Notes: generated from the letters alone by a model not told the origin. DNA of 63,989 nt, filler included, from Guillardia theta CCMP2712 (GCF_000315625.1; 6 parts of 6 records of this genome joined end to end with filler, not necessarily neighbours in it); one strand, 5' to 3'. Counted from the whole stretch's first letter, positions 13,151 through 23,549 are shown. Program-made: numbers and translations.

Positions 13151-14634
13151 ACTGCCGATCGCCTTCAAGAAAGTATTGACAGGGTGAAGCTGAGGCTGGG
13201 CGATTGGAAAGTTGAACAACCCTGAGACTTGTGCTTGGAAGGATTTGGGTAAGCCGAGCAGAAACCGACGAGCTTGGGTTTGGCAAGCGCGTTGGAGAGG
13301 AGGAGGAAGAGGAGAAGGAAGGAAAGGAAGTAGAGGGGGTCCAGTACGACAGGTAAGTTGGAGGAGGGGAGGGAGGAGGAGACCTTGAGTTGGGAGAGTT
13401 AGCAGGGCAATCCGACTCCGTCCCCATAAATGGAGGTTTATCCTGGGTTGCTTCTGATGTTGAGGGGGTCCTATATCATGACCGGTCCTGGTTACGGAAT
13501 ATCTCAAGGGGAGGAACAGGTGGGTGGTGTTCTCTCTACACCATCCGAAAGGGTAGGGTAGTCATAGACATTTTTTTGTGATGTGAGAGGGGTGGGGTAG
13601 AGACATGTGGGCAGATTAGGGGGTGACTTCAAGTAGTTTTAGTATGAGGTCAGGGGGTGCTTGTCAATGGGGTGGGGTCATGATGAGTCTCGTAGTAGGA
13701 GCGGGGGTTCTAATTCTATTAACAGAGATGGACGGCGCGGCAGACAAGGACAAACATAGGTAGGGGTGTATGGGGTGGGTTTAGGGGTGGGTAGGGGGGT
13801 TGTTACCGGGGTTGTGTCTAGGGGGGATGCAAGGGTTGGGGGTAGGTAGTGCCATTTTCCGGCAGTGGATAATGGACGGTGGGGTGGGTCCGAAAAGGAC
13901 CACAGCGGACCGACCGACAGGGTACTATTACTACACTGGTAGGTACTCGGGGTTGGACTGCTGTAGCGGCTACAATGATAGTAAAGTTTTTAAAATTGTA
14001 TAAAGTGCCCGCATTTGGAGATGAATTTGTTCAAACTCACTCTGTGGTACTGCATTCTGGTACATTTCAATTGTTGGTACTAATGATACATAGTGTACTG
14101 ATTTGGTGAAAATGTATTTTATCACAGTACTGACTAGCAATCGACTACAGGCCCCGCCGGTACAACGATTGTACTGGAGGCCGGGCCTCCGCACTTCGAC
14201 CGTATCGAACACCGGGCCGCCGGACGGCGGCTGACAGTGAGTGGCACTCAACAGCCGCCCGGCACTGAGCCTTGAAGTCTTCGAGTGACTGACTAGCATT
14301 TGAGTAAAGAAGGAAGCCACCGTGACTTTGAACTTCGGAACTCAGTTGTGCCGGAACCGTGCCGAGTCCGATCGGAGCGCGCCGCCAGTGACCGCGGTAC
14401 GGTGTACGGCTCAGCTCGCCGCCCCCCCCGGCCGCGGCCCTGGGCCACCGCCGCAGCCCGGTCCGGCGATCGCACCTGGCTCCGTGACGGTGAGCGGCCC
14501 GAAGAGGATCGGGCTCAAAGCCTTGGAGAGTCCGATAAATGATTCTATGAGTTAGTCACAGACAAGAGGGAGAGGAGTCTCGGATGGGTTGAACAGGTTC
14601 ATAACAGCAGCTCACAATCAGCGACTTTCAGTGA

Positions 14635-17600
14635 CTATGTCAAGTTTCTTGCTGTTGAGACTTTCTTGGCGAGCTCCCTCAGCTTCGAGCAACTCTCCTC
14701 GTTGTTCTCCGCCAGGTACTGCAGGGCCCGACACCCCACGTTATGCAGCAGCAAGGACATGTGGTGGGTCTGCATCGCCTCCACCACCAGCTCGATCCCT
14801 CCGTCCTCCCTGATCTTGGCCTGGCTCACCCTGTTCCTCCTCCCCAGGCGCCCCAGAGCCCGGCATCCAGCTTCCTGCACACGAGGATACATCTTGAAGG
14901 TCTTCATCGCCCTCATCACCGCGTTGATCCCTCCCATCTCTCTGATCTCCCCCTGGCTGTGCGCGTCCTCCCATCCCAGCCAGCCCAGCGCGTCGCACCC
15001 TGCCGTCACCAGGACCGCATCGCTCGCAAACATCCTCATCGCCGCTATCACCGCATCGATCCCTCCTCCCTCCTTCACCCTCGTCCGGTTGATCTCGTTG
15101 TCCTGCATCAGGGCCAAGAGGGCGTTGCAACCGGCTTCCTGCACAAGGATCGACGTGGCGTGCTCCCTCAGCACTTTGAGCACGGCCTCGATCCCTCCGA
15201 TGTCTCTCAGCATGTGGCGGAGCTCCTGGTGCTTCAGCGCAATGGTGATCAAAGTCTTCAGTCCCACCTCTACCACCTCTGGTCTGTCCGCAAGCCTCGT
15301 CATCGCTGTCACCACGGCCTTCATCCCGGCTTTCAGGCACATGCTGTTCCTGACCTCATCCACGTGTATTTTCGCCTGCAGGATCTCCATCCCGGCTACT
15401 TGCACCTCGCAGTCCTCGCCGTTGTACTCCATCACCTTGCGCAGGTAGTCCACAAGCCAGCCCCCTTCCTTGATGAGCAAGAGGTTTCTTGGCGCTACCT
15501 CCGCGAGCTTGCCTAGGAACCCCATCACTGCGTGGATCATTGGCAGGTCCTTCATGTGCAGCTTCAGCGCCGTCTGCAAGTCCTCCTGCCGCAGCTTCTG
15601 TGCTATCTCCTCCGAGCAGTCCCCGTCGTCCTCCATCAGCATCGTCAGCACCTCCAAGGCGTACCTGAGGGTCTGCCCATGCTTGTGAGCCACCTTGATT
15701 GACTCCATCAGGGCCGAGACTCCTACAGCCTTTCTGATCCTCTCCCGGCTCTCCTCGTCGTCCTTGGCAAACCTCCAGATCGCCTCACACCCCAGCCTGT
15801 GCATCGCCAGCTTGCTCTTCTGCTGCTCCATCGCCTTCACGATGGCCTCGATCCCTCCCAGAGCTCTGATAGCATGATGATTCTTGAGGTTACGACAGGA
15901 CAGCCGCAGCAGGGCCTTGCAAGCTGCCTTTTGCGCCGCCGGGTCTTTGGACATGTTGATAGTCAAGACGAGCACATCGATACCTTTCTCTTGCCTGAAG
16001 CGCTCGCTTAACCTGTCGTCTGATGTTGCAAGCACTCCAAGCAGTTTGCATCCACAAGCTGGTAAGCTATCTATGTTGAAGTTGTGTTCCAATTGCTGCG
16101 AGATTGTTGTTACCAGTACCTCGACTCCCCCTGCCTCGATCAGCCTCCTTTGGACACTCTCGCTGCCATCGGCGAGGAGAAGCATGAACCTCAAACTCTT
16201 TGAACGATCTCCCCCATATCGGATCCAACCAGGCTTTCTCGATAGCTGCACCAAAGTCTCGACTACGCCTCCTTCAACAGCCATCAGCTTCGCTTCAGGA
16301 CCAACATGTTTGACAAGCTTCCGAAGCAACATGAGACCATCAAAACAGAGTTCCTGATTGTCTTGGTGCTTCTTCACAGCCTCCAATACCGTCTTCCCCG
16401 CTCCTTGCTCGTAGAGCTTTACGCTCGTCTGGACTGACTCAGCACATCCCTTCAGTAAATTACATGCAGCGCCCATTGTTCGTGCGTCGTTCCTATGCAC
16501 CTCAAAAGTCTTCAAGATCGTCTCCACTACTCCGCAATCCGGTATGGCCGTGATAAATTCGTCTGGCTCGATCTCAGATAATTGCCTAAGCGCGTCATAT
16601 CCAGCTGCCTGTATCTTCGCATCATCCGCATTCCTCACAATCGCCTCTGTTATCCGTTTGACCCTGCTCAGCACATCTATTTCTGGCCCGATCCATAACA
16701 AGGCCTCGAAGCCTTCCTCTTGTACCTCATAACTGTCCTTATGCCGCTTCATGCACTCCACCACAGTCTCGAGGGCTTCCATGTCCTTGGAGTCATCGCC
16801 CAGACTGCCGCCCCTGTCTGCATTTATGGACAAAGCCCTGATCGCGGCATGCAGTACATGCAAATCGTCCTTGTAACTTGTCAGAAGCTCTAACACGAAG
16901 TGAAACACTTCTGGCTCGACGAGCGGGCCGTCGTCTCCCACGTCTATTAGAATGTTGAAGATCATATCACAAGCCGTCACTTGCACCCCAGCAATGTCCT
17001 TGAACGCTTTCATCCCTGCCACCACCGCGTCGATACCCCCCGCGTCTCGGATCCTCAGGCCGTTGACATCGCAGTTGTTACAAAACGTTGCCAGCGCCTT
17101 GTTGCCAGCGATCAGCACGTTCACTGCTGCCGCATGCCTCGTCATCGCCGTCGACACAGCTTCGATTCCCCCTTCTTCCACGGTCTTGTCCATGGCCTCC
17201 AGGCTGCCCTGCACCAGCAATTGCAGTGCCTCGCATCCTGCTTCTTGTACCTCAGCGTTGTCCTCCTGCTCCCGCATCTTGTGCAGTATGCTCGCAATGC
17301 TCGCTGAGCCCCTCGCTTTCGCGTCGTCCATAAACGCTCGAAAGCTCGCGGTATCCCTTGGGGCCTTCCATGGGAGTACAGGACCAGCACGGTCGTCTGA
17401 GCACGGCGAGGCAGGTGCCGGCGCCTCCCTCGCCTTGGGACTAAGCTTCCATGTGTACATGCTTGCGGGGCTTCTCGTTACAAGCTGAAGCGTCGGCCCT
17501 CCAGCGCTCGAGTCCTTCATGACCATCTCGTCCAGAGCTCGGTTCATGCCCATGTGACGGTACAGACGCTTCGAGTCCTCGACGATGCTCTCCACCTCTC

Positions 17601-18252
17601 GTGCTGAGCTAGGCAGCACCACCACCCTCACGGCCTCCCCAAGCTGCCCTGCGTGTATGACAGTCGCGCTATGATTCAGAACCAGCACCCGCAGCCGCGT
17701 CGAGCTGCTTGCCGAAGCCGTCAGCCTCTCCACGAGGACCTCGGGGGAGACTTTATCCTTCCCCAGGACCAGGCGCCCCCTCTCGTCCGGACAGTCTACC
17801 TGCAGCACGCTCGGCTGGACTCTTGTGACACTCGCTACGAGCTCCTCCAGCCCCTTGTCGCAGCACAGCTCGAAACCCACCCGCCGCGCCATGTCCGCCA
17901 CACCCGCATCGCCCGAGTCCGCTGCTCCGAGGAGGAACTGGCTCTGCATGTGCTCGAGATGCTGCCGGGGCTTGCATGAGGCTCGCTCCCTCCCGTTGGA
18001 GAACAGGAGGACCTTACCAGGCTCCTCGCAGCTGAAAATCGCGTCCTGGGGTGCCTGGTGGGCAGCTGCTGTGTTGGAGTTGGCACATGGTGCCTGGGGA
18101 GCGGCAGGCAGGAGGGCACACGAGCTGCTCTGCTGGGCCCCTGCCGAGCGGCTCCTCTTAGCATTTGTGTCAAGATTTGATCCAGCATGAGGGACGGGGG
18201 GGTCGAGAGCCGCATCTCTGCCTCTCTTTCGCTTCCCGCCATCGCCTGCCAT
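14635..18252 (-). CDS. Intronless protein of about 1205 aa: basic N-terminus, degenerate CHAT-like domain, long ARM-repeat array (copy A)
   Basis: One long ORF with ~42-aa repeats of the form GGI-AV--AM--H-----VQ-AGC-AL--L. First ATG (MAGDGGKRKRGR) is at 18252. Confidence 0.85.
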   Translation of the reverse strand: MAGDGGKRKRGRDAALDPPVPHAGSNLDTNAKRSRSAGAQQSSSCALLPAAPQAPCANSNTAAAHQAPQDAIFSCEEPGKVLLFSNGRERASCKPRQHLEHMQSQFLLGAADSGDAGVADMARRVGFELCCDKGLEELVASVTRVQPSVLQVDCPDERGRLVLGKDKVSPEVLVERLTASASSSTRLRVLVLNHSATVIHAGQLGEAVRVVVLPSSAREVESIVEDSKRLYRHMGMNRALDEMVMKDSSAGGPTLQLVTRSPASMYTWKLSPKAREAPAPASPCSDDRAGPVLPWKAPRDTASFRAFMDDAKARGSASIASILHKMREQEDNAEVQEAGCEALQLLVQGSLEAMDKTVEEGGIEAVSTAMTRHAAAVNVLIAGNKALATFCNNCDVNGLRIRDAGGIDAVVAGMKAFKDIAGVQVTACDMIFNILIDVGDDGPLVEPEVFHFVLELLTSYKDDLHVLHAAIRALSINADRGGSLGDDSKDMEALETVVECMKRHKDSYEVQEEGFEALLWIGPEIDVLSRVKRITEAIVRNADDAKIQAAGYDALRQLSEIEPDEFITAIPDCGVVETILKTFEVHRNDARTMGAACNLLKGCAESVQTSVKLYEQGAGKTVLEAVKKHQDNQELCFDGLMLLRKLVKHVGPEAKLMAVEGGVVETLVQLSRKPGWIRYGGDRSKSLRFMLLLADGSESVQRRLIEAGGVEVLVTTISQQLEHNFNIDSLPACGCKLLGVLATSDDRLSERFRQEKGIDVLVLTINMSKDPAAQKAACKALLRLSCRNLKNHHAIRALGGIEAIVKAMEQQKSKLAMHRLGCEAIWRFAKDDEESRERIRKAVGVSALMESIKVAHKHGQTLRYALEVLTMLMEDDGDCSEEIAQKLRQEDLQTALKLHMKDLPMIHAVMGFLGKLAEVAPRNLLLIKEGGWLVDYLRKVMEYNGEDCEVQVAGMEILQAKIHVDEVRNSMCLKAGMKAVVTAMTRLADRPEVVEVGLKTLITIALKHQELRHMLRDIGGIEAVLKVLREHATSILVQEAGCNALLALMQDNEINRTRVKEGGGIDAVIAAMRMFASDAVLVTAGCDALGWLGWEDAHSQGEIREMGGINAVMRAMKTFKMYPRVQEAGCRALGRLGRRNRVSQAKIREDGGIELVVEAMQTHHMSLLLHNVGCRALQYLAENNEESCSKLRELAKKVSTARNLT

Positions 18253-21200
18253 GACCCAACAGGTCACCCCACCCTCTGGAACCCAAGGAAATCATACCCC
18301 CACCCCCCTTGCCAAAATCTCCTGGTACAAATAGTTATAGTCAAATCACAATTGCGGCTGGCTTTCGCTGGGCAGCATGGAGACAAAGGTCACTGCAGAC
18401 AAGAGCCTCTCGGCAGGGGCCCAGCAGAGCCTCTCGGCAGGGGCCCAGCAGAGCAGCTCGTGTGCCCTCCTGCCTGCCGCTCCCCAGGCACCATGTGCCA
18501 ACTCCAACACAGCAGCTGCCCACCAGGCACCCCAGGACGCGATTTTCAGCTGCGAGGAGCCTGGTAAGGTCCTCCTGTTCTCCAACGGGAGGGAGCGAGC
18601 CTCATGCAAGCCCCGGCAGCATCTCGAGCACATGCAGAGCCAGTTCCTCCTCGGAGCAGCGGACTCGGGCGATGTGGGTGTGGCGGACATGGCGCGGCGG
18701 GTGGGTTTCGAGCTGTGCTGCGACAAGGGGCTGGAGGAGCTCGTAGCAAGTGTCACAAGAGTCCAGCCGAGCGTGCTGCAGGTAGACTGTCCGGACGAGA
18801 GGGGGCGCCTGGTCCTGGGGAAGGATAAAGTCTCCCCCGAGATCCTCGTGGAGAGGCTGACGGCTTCGGCAAGCAGCTCGACGCGGCTGCGGGTGCTGGT
18901 TCTGAATCATAGCGCGACTGTCATACACGCAGGGCAGCTTGGGGAGGCCGTGAGGGTGGTGGTGCTGCCTAGCTCAGCACGAGAGGTGGAGAGCATCGTC
19001 GAGGACTCGAAGCATCTGTACCGTCACATGGGCATGAACCGAGCTCTGGACGAGATGGTCATGAAGGACTCGAGCGCTGGAGGGCCGACGCTTCAGCTTG
19101 TAACGAGAAGCCCCGCAAGCATGTACACATGGAAGCTTAGTCCCAAGGCGAGGGAGGCGCCGGCACCTGCCTCGCCGTGCTCAGACGACCGTGCTGGTCC
19201 TGTACTCCCATGGAAGGCCCCAAGGGATACCGCGAGCTTTCGAGCGTTTATGGACGACGCGAAAGCGAGGGGCTCAGCGAGCATTGCGAGCATACTGCAC
19301 AAGATGCGGGAGCAGGTGGACAACGCTGAGGTACAAGAAGCAGGATGCGAGGCACTGCAATTGCTGGTGCAGGGCAGCCTGGAGGCCATGGACAAGACCG
19401 TGGAAGAAGGGGGAATCGAAGCTGTGTCGACGGCGATGACGAGGCATGCGGCAGCAGTGAACGTGCTGATCGCTGGCAACAAGGCGCTGGCAACGTTTTG
19501 TAACAGCTGCGATGTCAACGGCCTGAGGATCCGAGACGCGGGGGGTATCGACGCGGTGGTGGCAGGGATGAAAGCGTTCAAGGACGTTGCTGGGGTGCAA
19601 GTGACGGCTTGTGATATGATCTTCAACATTCTAATAGACGTGGGAGACGACGGCCCGCTCGTCGAGCCAGAAGTGTTTCACCTCGTGTTGGAGCTTCTGA
19701 CAAGTTACAAGGACGATTTGCATGTACTGCCTGCCGCGATCAGGGCTTTGTCCGTAAATGCAGACAGGGGCGGCAGTCTGGGCGATGACTCCAAGGACAT
19801 GGAAGCCCTCGAGACTGTGGTGGAGTGCATGAAGCGGCATAAGGACAGTTATGAGGTACAAGAGGAAGGCTTCGAGGCCTTGGCATGGATTGGGATTCGC
19901 ACAGATGTGCTGAGCGGGGTCAAACGGATAACAGAGGCGATTGTGAGGAATGCGGATAATGCGAAGATGCAGGCAGCTGGATATGACGCGCTTACGCAAA
20001 TGTACCAGATCAAGTATGACGAATTTATCACGGCCATACCGGATTGTGGGGTAGTGGAGACGATCTTGAAGACTTTTGAGGTGCACAGGAACGACGCACG
20101 AACAATGGGCGCTGCATGCAGTGTACTACAGGTATGTGCTGAGTCAGTCCAGACGAGCGTAAAGATCTACGAGCAAGGAGCGGGGAAGACGGTATTGGAG
20201 GCTGTGAAGAAGCACCAAGACAATCAGGAACTCTGTTTTGATGGTCTCATATTGCTTCGGAAGCTTGTCAAACATGTTGGTCCTGAAGCGAAGCTGATGG
20301 CTGTTGAAGGAGGCGTAGTCGAGACTTTGGTGCAGCTAATGAGAAAGCCTGGTTGGATCCGATATGGGGGAGATCGTTCAAAGAGTTTGAGGTTCATGCT
20401 TCTCCTCGCCGATGGCAGCGAGAGTGTCCAAAGGAGGCTGATCGAGGCAGGGGGAGTCGAGGTACTGGTAACAACAATCTCGCAGCAATTGGAACACAAC
20501 TTCAACATAGATAGCTTACCAGCTTGTGGATGCAAACTGCTTGGAGTGCTTGCAACATCAGACGACAGGTTAAGCGAGCGCTTCAGGCAAGAGAAAGGTA
20601 TCGATGTGCTCGTCTTGACTATCAACATGTCCAAAGACCCGGCGGCGCAAAAGGCAGCTTGCAAGGCCCTGCTGCGGCTGTCCTGTCGTAACCTCAAGAA
20701 TCATCATGCTATCAGAGCTCTGGGAGGGATCGAGGCCATCGTGAAGGCGATGGAGCAGCAGAAGAGCAAGCTGGCGATGCACAGGCTGGGGTGTGAGGCG
20801 ATCTGGAGGTTTGCCAAGGACGACGAGGAGAGCCGGGAGAGGATCAGAAAGGCTGTAGGAGTCTCGGCCCTGATGGAGTCAATCAAGGTGGCTCACAAGC
20901 ATGGGCAGACCCTCAGGTACGCCTTGGAGGTGCTGACGATGCTGATGGAGGACGACGGGGACTGCTCGGAGGAGATAGCACAGAAGCTGCGGCAGGAGGA
21001 CTTGCAGACGGCACTGAAGCTGCACATGAAGGACCTGCCAATGATCCACGCAGTGATGGGGTTCCTAGGCAAGCTCGCGGAGGTAGCGCCAAGAAACCTC
21101 TTGCTCATCAAGGAAGGGGGCTGGCTTGTGGACTACCTGCGCAAGGTGATGGAGTACAACGGCGAGGACTGCGAGGTGCAAGTAGCCGGGATGGAGATCC

Positions 21201-21927
21201 TGCAGGCGAAAATACACGTGGATGAGGTCAGGAACAGCATGTGCCTGAAAGCAGGGATGAAGGCCGTGGTGACAGCGATGACGAGGCTTGCGGACAGACC
21301 AGAGGTGGTAGAGGTGGGACTGAAGACCTTGATCACCATTGCGCTGAAGCACCAGGAGCTCCGCCACATGCTGAGAGACATCGGAGGGATCGAGGCCGTG
21401 CTCAAAGTGCTGAGGGAGCACGCCACGTCGATCCTTGTGCAGGAAGCCGGTTGCAACGCCCTCTTGGCCCTGATGCAGGACAACGAGATCAACCGGACGA
21501 GGGTGAAGGAGGGAGGAGGGATCGATGCGGTGATAGCGGCGATGAGGATGTTTGCGAGCGATGCGGTCCTGGTGACGGCAGGGTGCGACGCGCTGGGCTG
21601 GCTGGGATGGGAGGACGCGCACAGCCAGGGGGAGATCAGAGAGAGGGGAGGGATCAACGCGGTGATGAGGGCGATGAAGACCTTCAAGATGTATCCTCGT
21701 GTGCAGGAAGCTGGATGCCGGGCTCTGGGGCGCCTGGGGAGGAGGAACAGGGTCAGCCAGGCCAAGATCAGGGAGGACGGAGGGATCGAGCTGGTGGTGG
21801 AGGCGATGCAGACCCACCACATGTCCTTGCTGCTGCATAACGTGGGATGTCGGGCCCTGCAGTACCTGGCGGAGAACAACGAGGAGAGTTGCTCGAAGCT
21901 GAGGGAGCTCGCCAAGAAAGTCTCAAC
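14654..21927. repeat. Large inverted duplication: arms ~14654-18149 and ~18432-21927, spacer ~280 bp
   Basis: Mirror ORF coordinates sum to 36581 at the points checked (16952/19629, 14741/21840, 17977/18604), so no net indel is evident between arms. Confidence 0.95.
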
Positions 21928-21934
21928 GTCCTGA
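18377..21934 (+). CDS. Intronless 1185-aa degenerate-CHAT + ARM-repeat protein (copy B, inverted paralog)
   Basis: The ORF is colinear with copy A, with about 30 substitutions counted by eye and different N- and C-terminal tips. Confidence 0.85.
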   Translation: METKVTADKSLSAGAQQSLSAGAQQSSSCALLPAAPQAPCANSNTAAAHQAPQDAIFSCEEPGKVLLFSNGRERASCKPRQHLEHMQSQFLLGAADSGDVGVADMARRVGFELCCDKGLEELVASVTRVQPSVLQVDCPDERGRLVLGKDKVSPEILVERLTASASSSTRLRVLVLNHSATVIHAGQLGEAVRVVVLPSSAREVESIVEDSKHLYRHMGMNRALDEMVMKDSSAGGPTLQLVTRSPASMYTWKLSPKAREAPAPASPCSDDRAGPVLPWKAPRDTASFRAFMDDAKARGSASIASILHKMREQVDNAEVQEAGCEALQLLVQGSLEAMDKTVEEGGIEAVSTAMTRHAAAVNVLIAGNKALATFCNSCDVNGLRIRDAGGIDAVVAGMKAFKDVAGVQVTACDMIFNILIDVGDDGPLVEPEVFHLVLELLTSYKDDLHVLPAAIRALSVNADRGGSLGDDSKDMEALETVVECMKRHKDSYEVQEEGFEALAWIGIRTDVLSGVKRITEAIVRNADNAKMQAAGYDALTQMYQIKYDEFITAIPDCGVVETILKTFEVHRNDARTMGAACSVLQVCAESVQTSVKIYEQGAGKTVLEAVKKHQDNQELCFDGLILLRKLVKHVGPEAKLMAVEGGVVETLVQLMRKPGWIRYGGDRSKSLRFMLLLADGSESVQRRLIEAGGVEVLVTTISQQLEHNFNIDSLPACGCKLLGVLATSDDRLSERFRQEKGIDVLVLTINMSKDPAAQKAACKALLRLSCRNLKNHHAIRALGGIEAIVKAMEQQKSKLAMHRLGCEAIWRFAKDDEESRERIRKAVGVSALMESIKVAHKHGQTLRYALEVLTMLMEDDGDCSEEIAQKLRQEDLQTALKLHMKDLPMIHAVMGFLGKLAEVAPRNLLLIKEGGWLVDYLRKVMEYNGEDCEVQVAGMEILQAKIHVDEVRNSMCLKAGMKAVVTAMTRLADRPEVVEVGLKTLITIALKHQELRHMLRDIGGIEAVLKVLREHATSILVQEAGCNALLALMQDNEINRTRVKEGGGIDAVIAAMRMFASDAVLVTAGCDALGWLGWEDAHSQGEIRERGGINAVMRAMKTFKMYPRVQEAGCRALGRLGRRNRVSQAKIREDGGIELVVEAMQTHHMSLLLHNVGCRALQYLAENNEESCSKLRELAKKVSTS

Positions 21935-22895
21935 AGGAGGAGGAGAGAGCTCGAGCGGCAGGTTATAGCTCCGTCAGTAGACTTCACTGAGACGATGGAT
22001 GACTGAGGCAGCCTGGCAACTTGGCAACGTCCACTCTGGGCCACTGGGCCTCAGTGTTAGGGTCCCGGGCCCCGGAGAGCGCGGCTGGGTGGTGGAGAGG
22101 TTCCGATCATGTTCATCATGATATTGATGTGAGTCTTGGCCACCGGCGGGTCACAAGTCAGTAAATCATTGGCTTTACCAGTTTCATCACTATCAGGATT
22201 GACTGTTGCCGCAGTGCGGCAAGTCTGTTTGACTAGTAAGTCTTGGGCCAGTCACCGGGGGCTCGGCCGGGCCCCGGGCCCCGGACTCTACGGTGTCACC
22301 GGCGGCAGTGCCATTAGCCTGAGTACTACGGTACGGTACGGTAAGTCGGTCAGGTCACCGGGTCAAAGTCATCTCAGTTCCTTTGGCGCCCGGGCGAGTT
22401 CGAGCGGCCGTGGGCCCGTCATCCGATCGGCGAGTCATCGACCGATCGGGGCCGAGGCGGGCCCGGGAGGTTGACTGAATTGAATCTTGAGATGCAGCGT
22501 TTCGAATCTCCTCTACACGTTGGGGTCAGGTCATGTCTTGTTCACCCCACCCCCTCCATACAACAATCCCTGAATGTACCCTACCTTTTTACTATTAGAT
22601 CTTCGAACTTATTCTGGTAGGGTACATACCCCTACCCTACGCGTATCCTACAGTGACACCTCCGCTCCCAACCCCACCCCACCGTCATCCACCAACGCAA
22701 CTTTCTCTATTGTACCCCCTGCTTCCTGTAGTTCAGAAGGGGTCCAAGTCTGTTTTATTCACACTGTACCCCACCCCCTTTGCGATGGTTTTGTTCCCTT
22801 GAGATCGGATATCCCACCTCCTCCCTCAGTCGCCATCGCCCTGCTACCTGCGACTGCCGTTCCTCCTCTCTCACAGCTCTGTACATCGATCATCG

Positions 22896-23549
22896 GTGCC
22901 CCCCTGGCCGTGTCAACCTGCAGACCCACTGTCAGAACAAACGGGTGTCTATCTGCACAGGTGTTGCACAATGTCATCGGCTCTGCGTCAGGAATACTTT
23001 CAAAAGAAGAATCCGCACAAAACAGCATCGCAGACACACTATCAAACCAACAAGAGCTCCTGTCTTCCCTTCGCCTTTCGCTTGCCTTTCTGGAGTTCGT
23101 CCAAAAGCAACAATAACCAATTCCAATGCAATCAACCGACTACAGTCCACAGACGTGATTCAGCTCTCCATCATATTTCGATCATTCCAACAAGTACCCC
23201 TCAAAGCTCAAGTTTCAGCTCTGGCCGAACCGGCAGCTATCTGCATGTCGAGGCTGATTTGTGCCACAGGAACCAGTCCTCCCAGGCTCAAGCAGAGCTG
23301 AGCACCAATGTTTCGAATGATCGAGATCATTCAGGAGATGTTCTGCTGTTGGATCACAATTACGAAGGAAATGAGGACTGGCACAGAAAGATCATGGAAT
23401 GGAGAACATCTCCTGTACTGAGTATTGATTCGAGCAAGTCCAGGGCCCCCGGCTCAAAATCCTCAGGGAGAGCAACTCGGGCCAGGCAAGACCACAACTA
23501 CTGCTACTACTACAGCCCTTCATCCAGGAGTGCGCGGAGGTTGAGATGA
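22896..23549 (+). CDS. Possible hypothetical gene
   Basis: Overlapping plus-strand ORFs downstream of a CTACCC-rich island; no recognisable motif. Confidence 0.25.
   Translation: MPPWPCQPADPLSEQTGVYLHRCCTMSSALRQEYFQKKNPHKTASQTHYQTNKSSCLPFAFRLPFWSSSKSNNNQFQCNQPTTVHRRDSALHHISIIPTSTPQSSSFSSGRTGSYLHVEADLCHRNQSSQAQAELSTNVSNDRDHSGDVLLLDHNYEGNEDWHRKIMEWRTSPVLSIDSSKSRAPGSKSSGRATRARQDHNYCYYYSPSSRSARRLR

Noticed and set aside
14666-22044. Antisense and alternate-frame ORFs within the ARM genes
   Set aside because: Shadow ORFs of GC-rich coding sequence, mirrored only because of the duplication.
14140-22490. The palindrome as a TIR transposon or hairpin-RNA locus
   Set aside because: No transposase, TIR or TSD is seen beyond the gene ends. 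The genes are divergent, so a hairpin transcript would need unobserved read-through.
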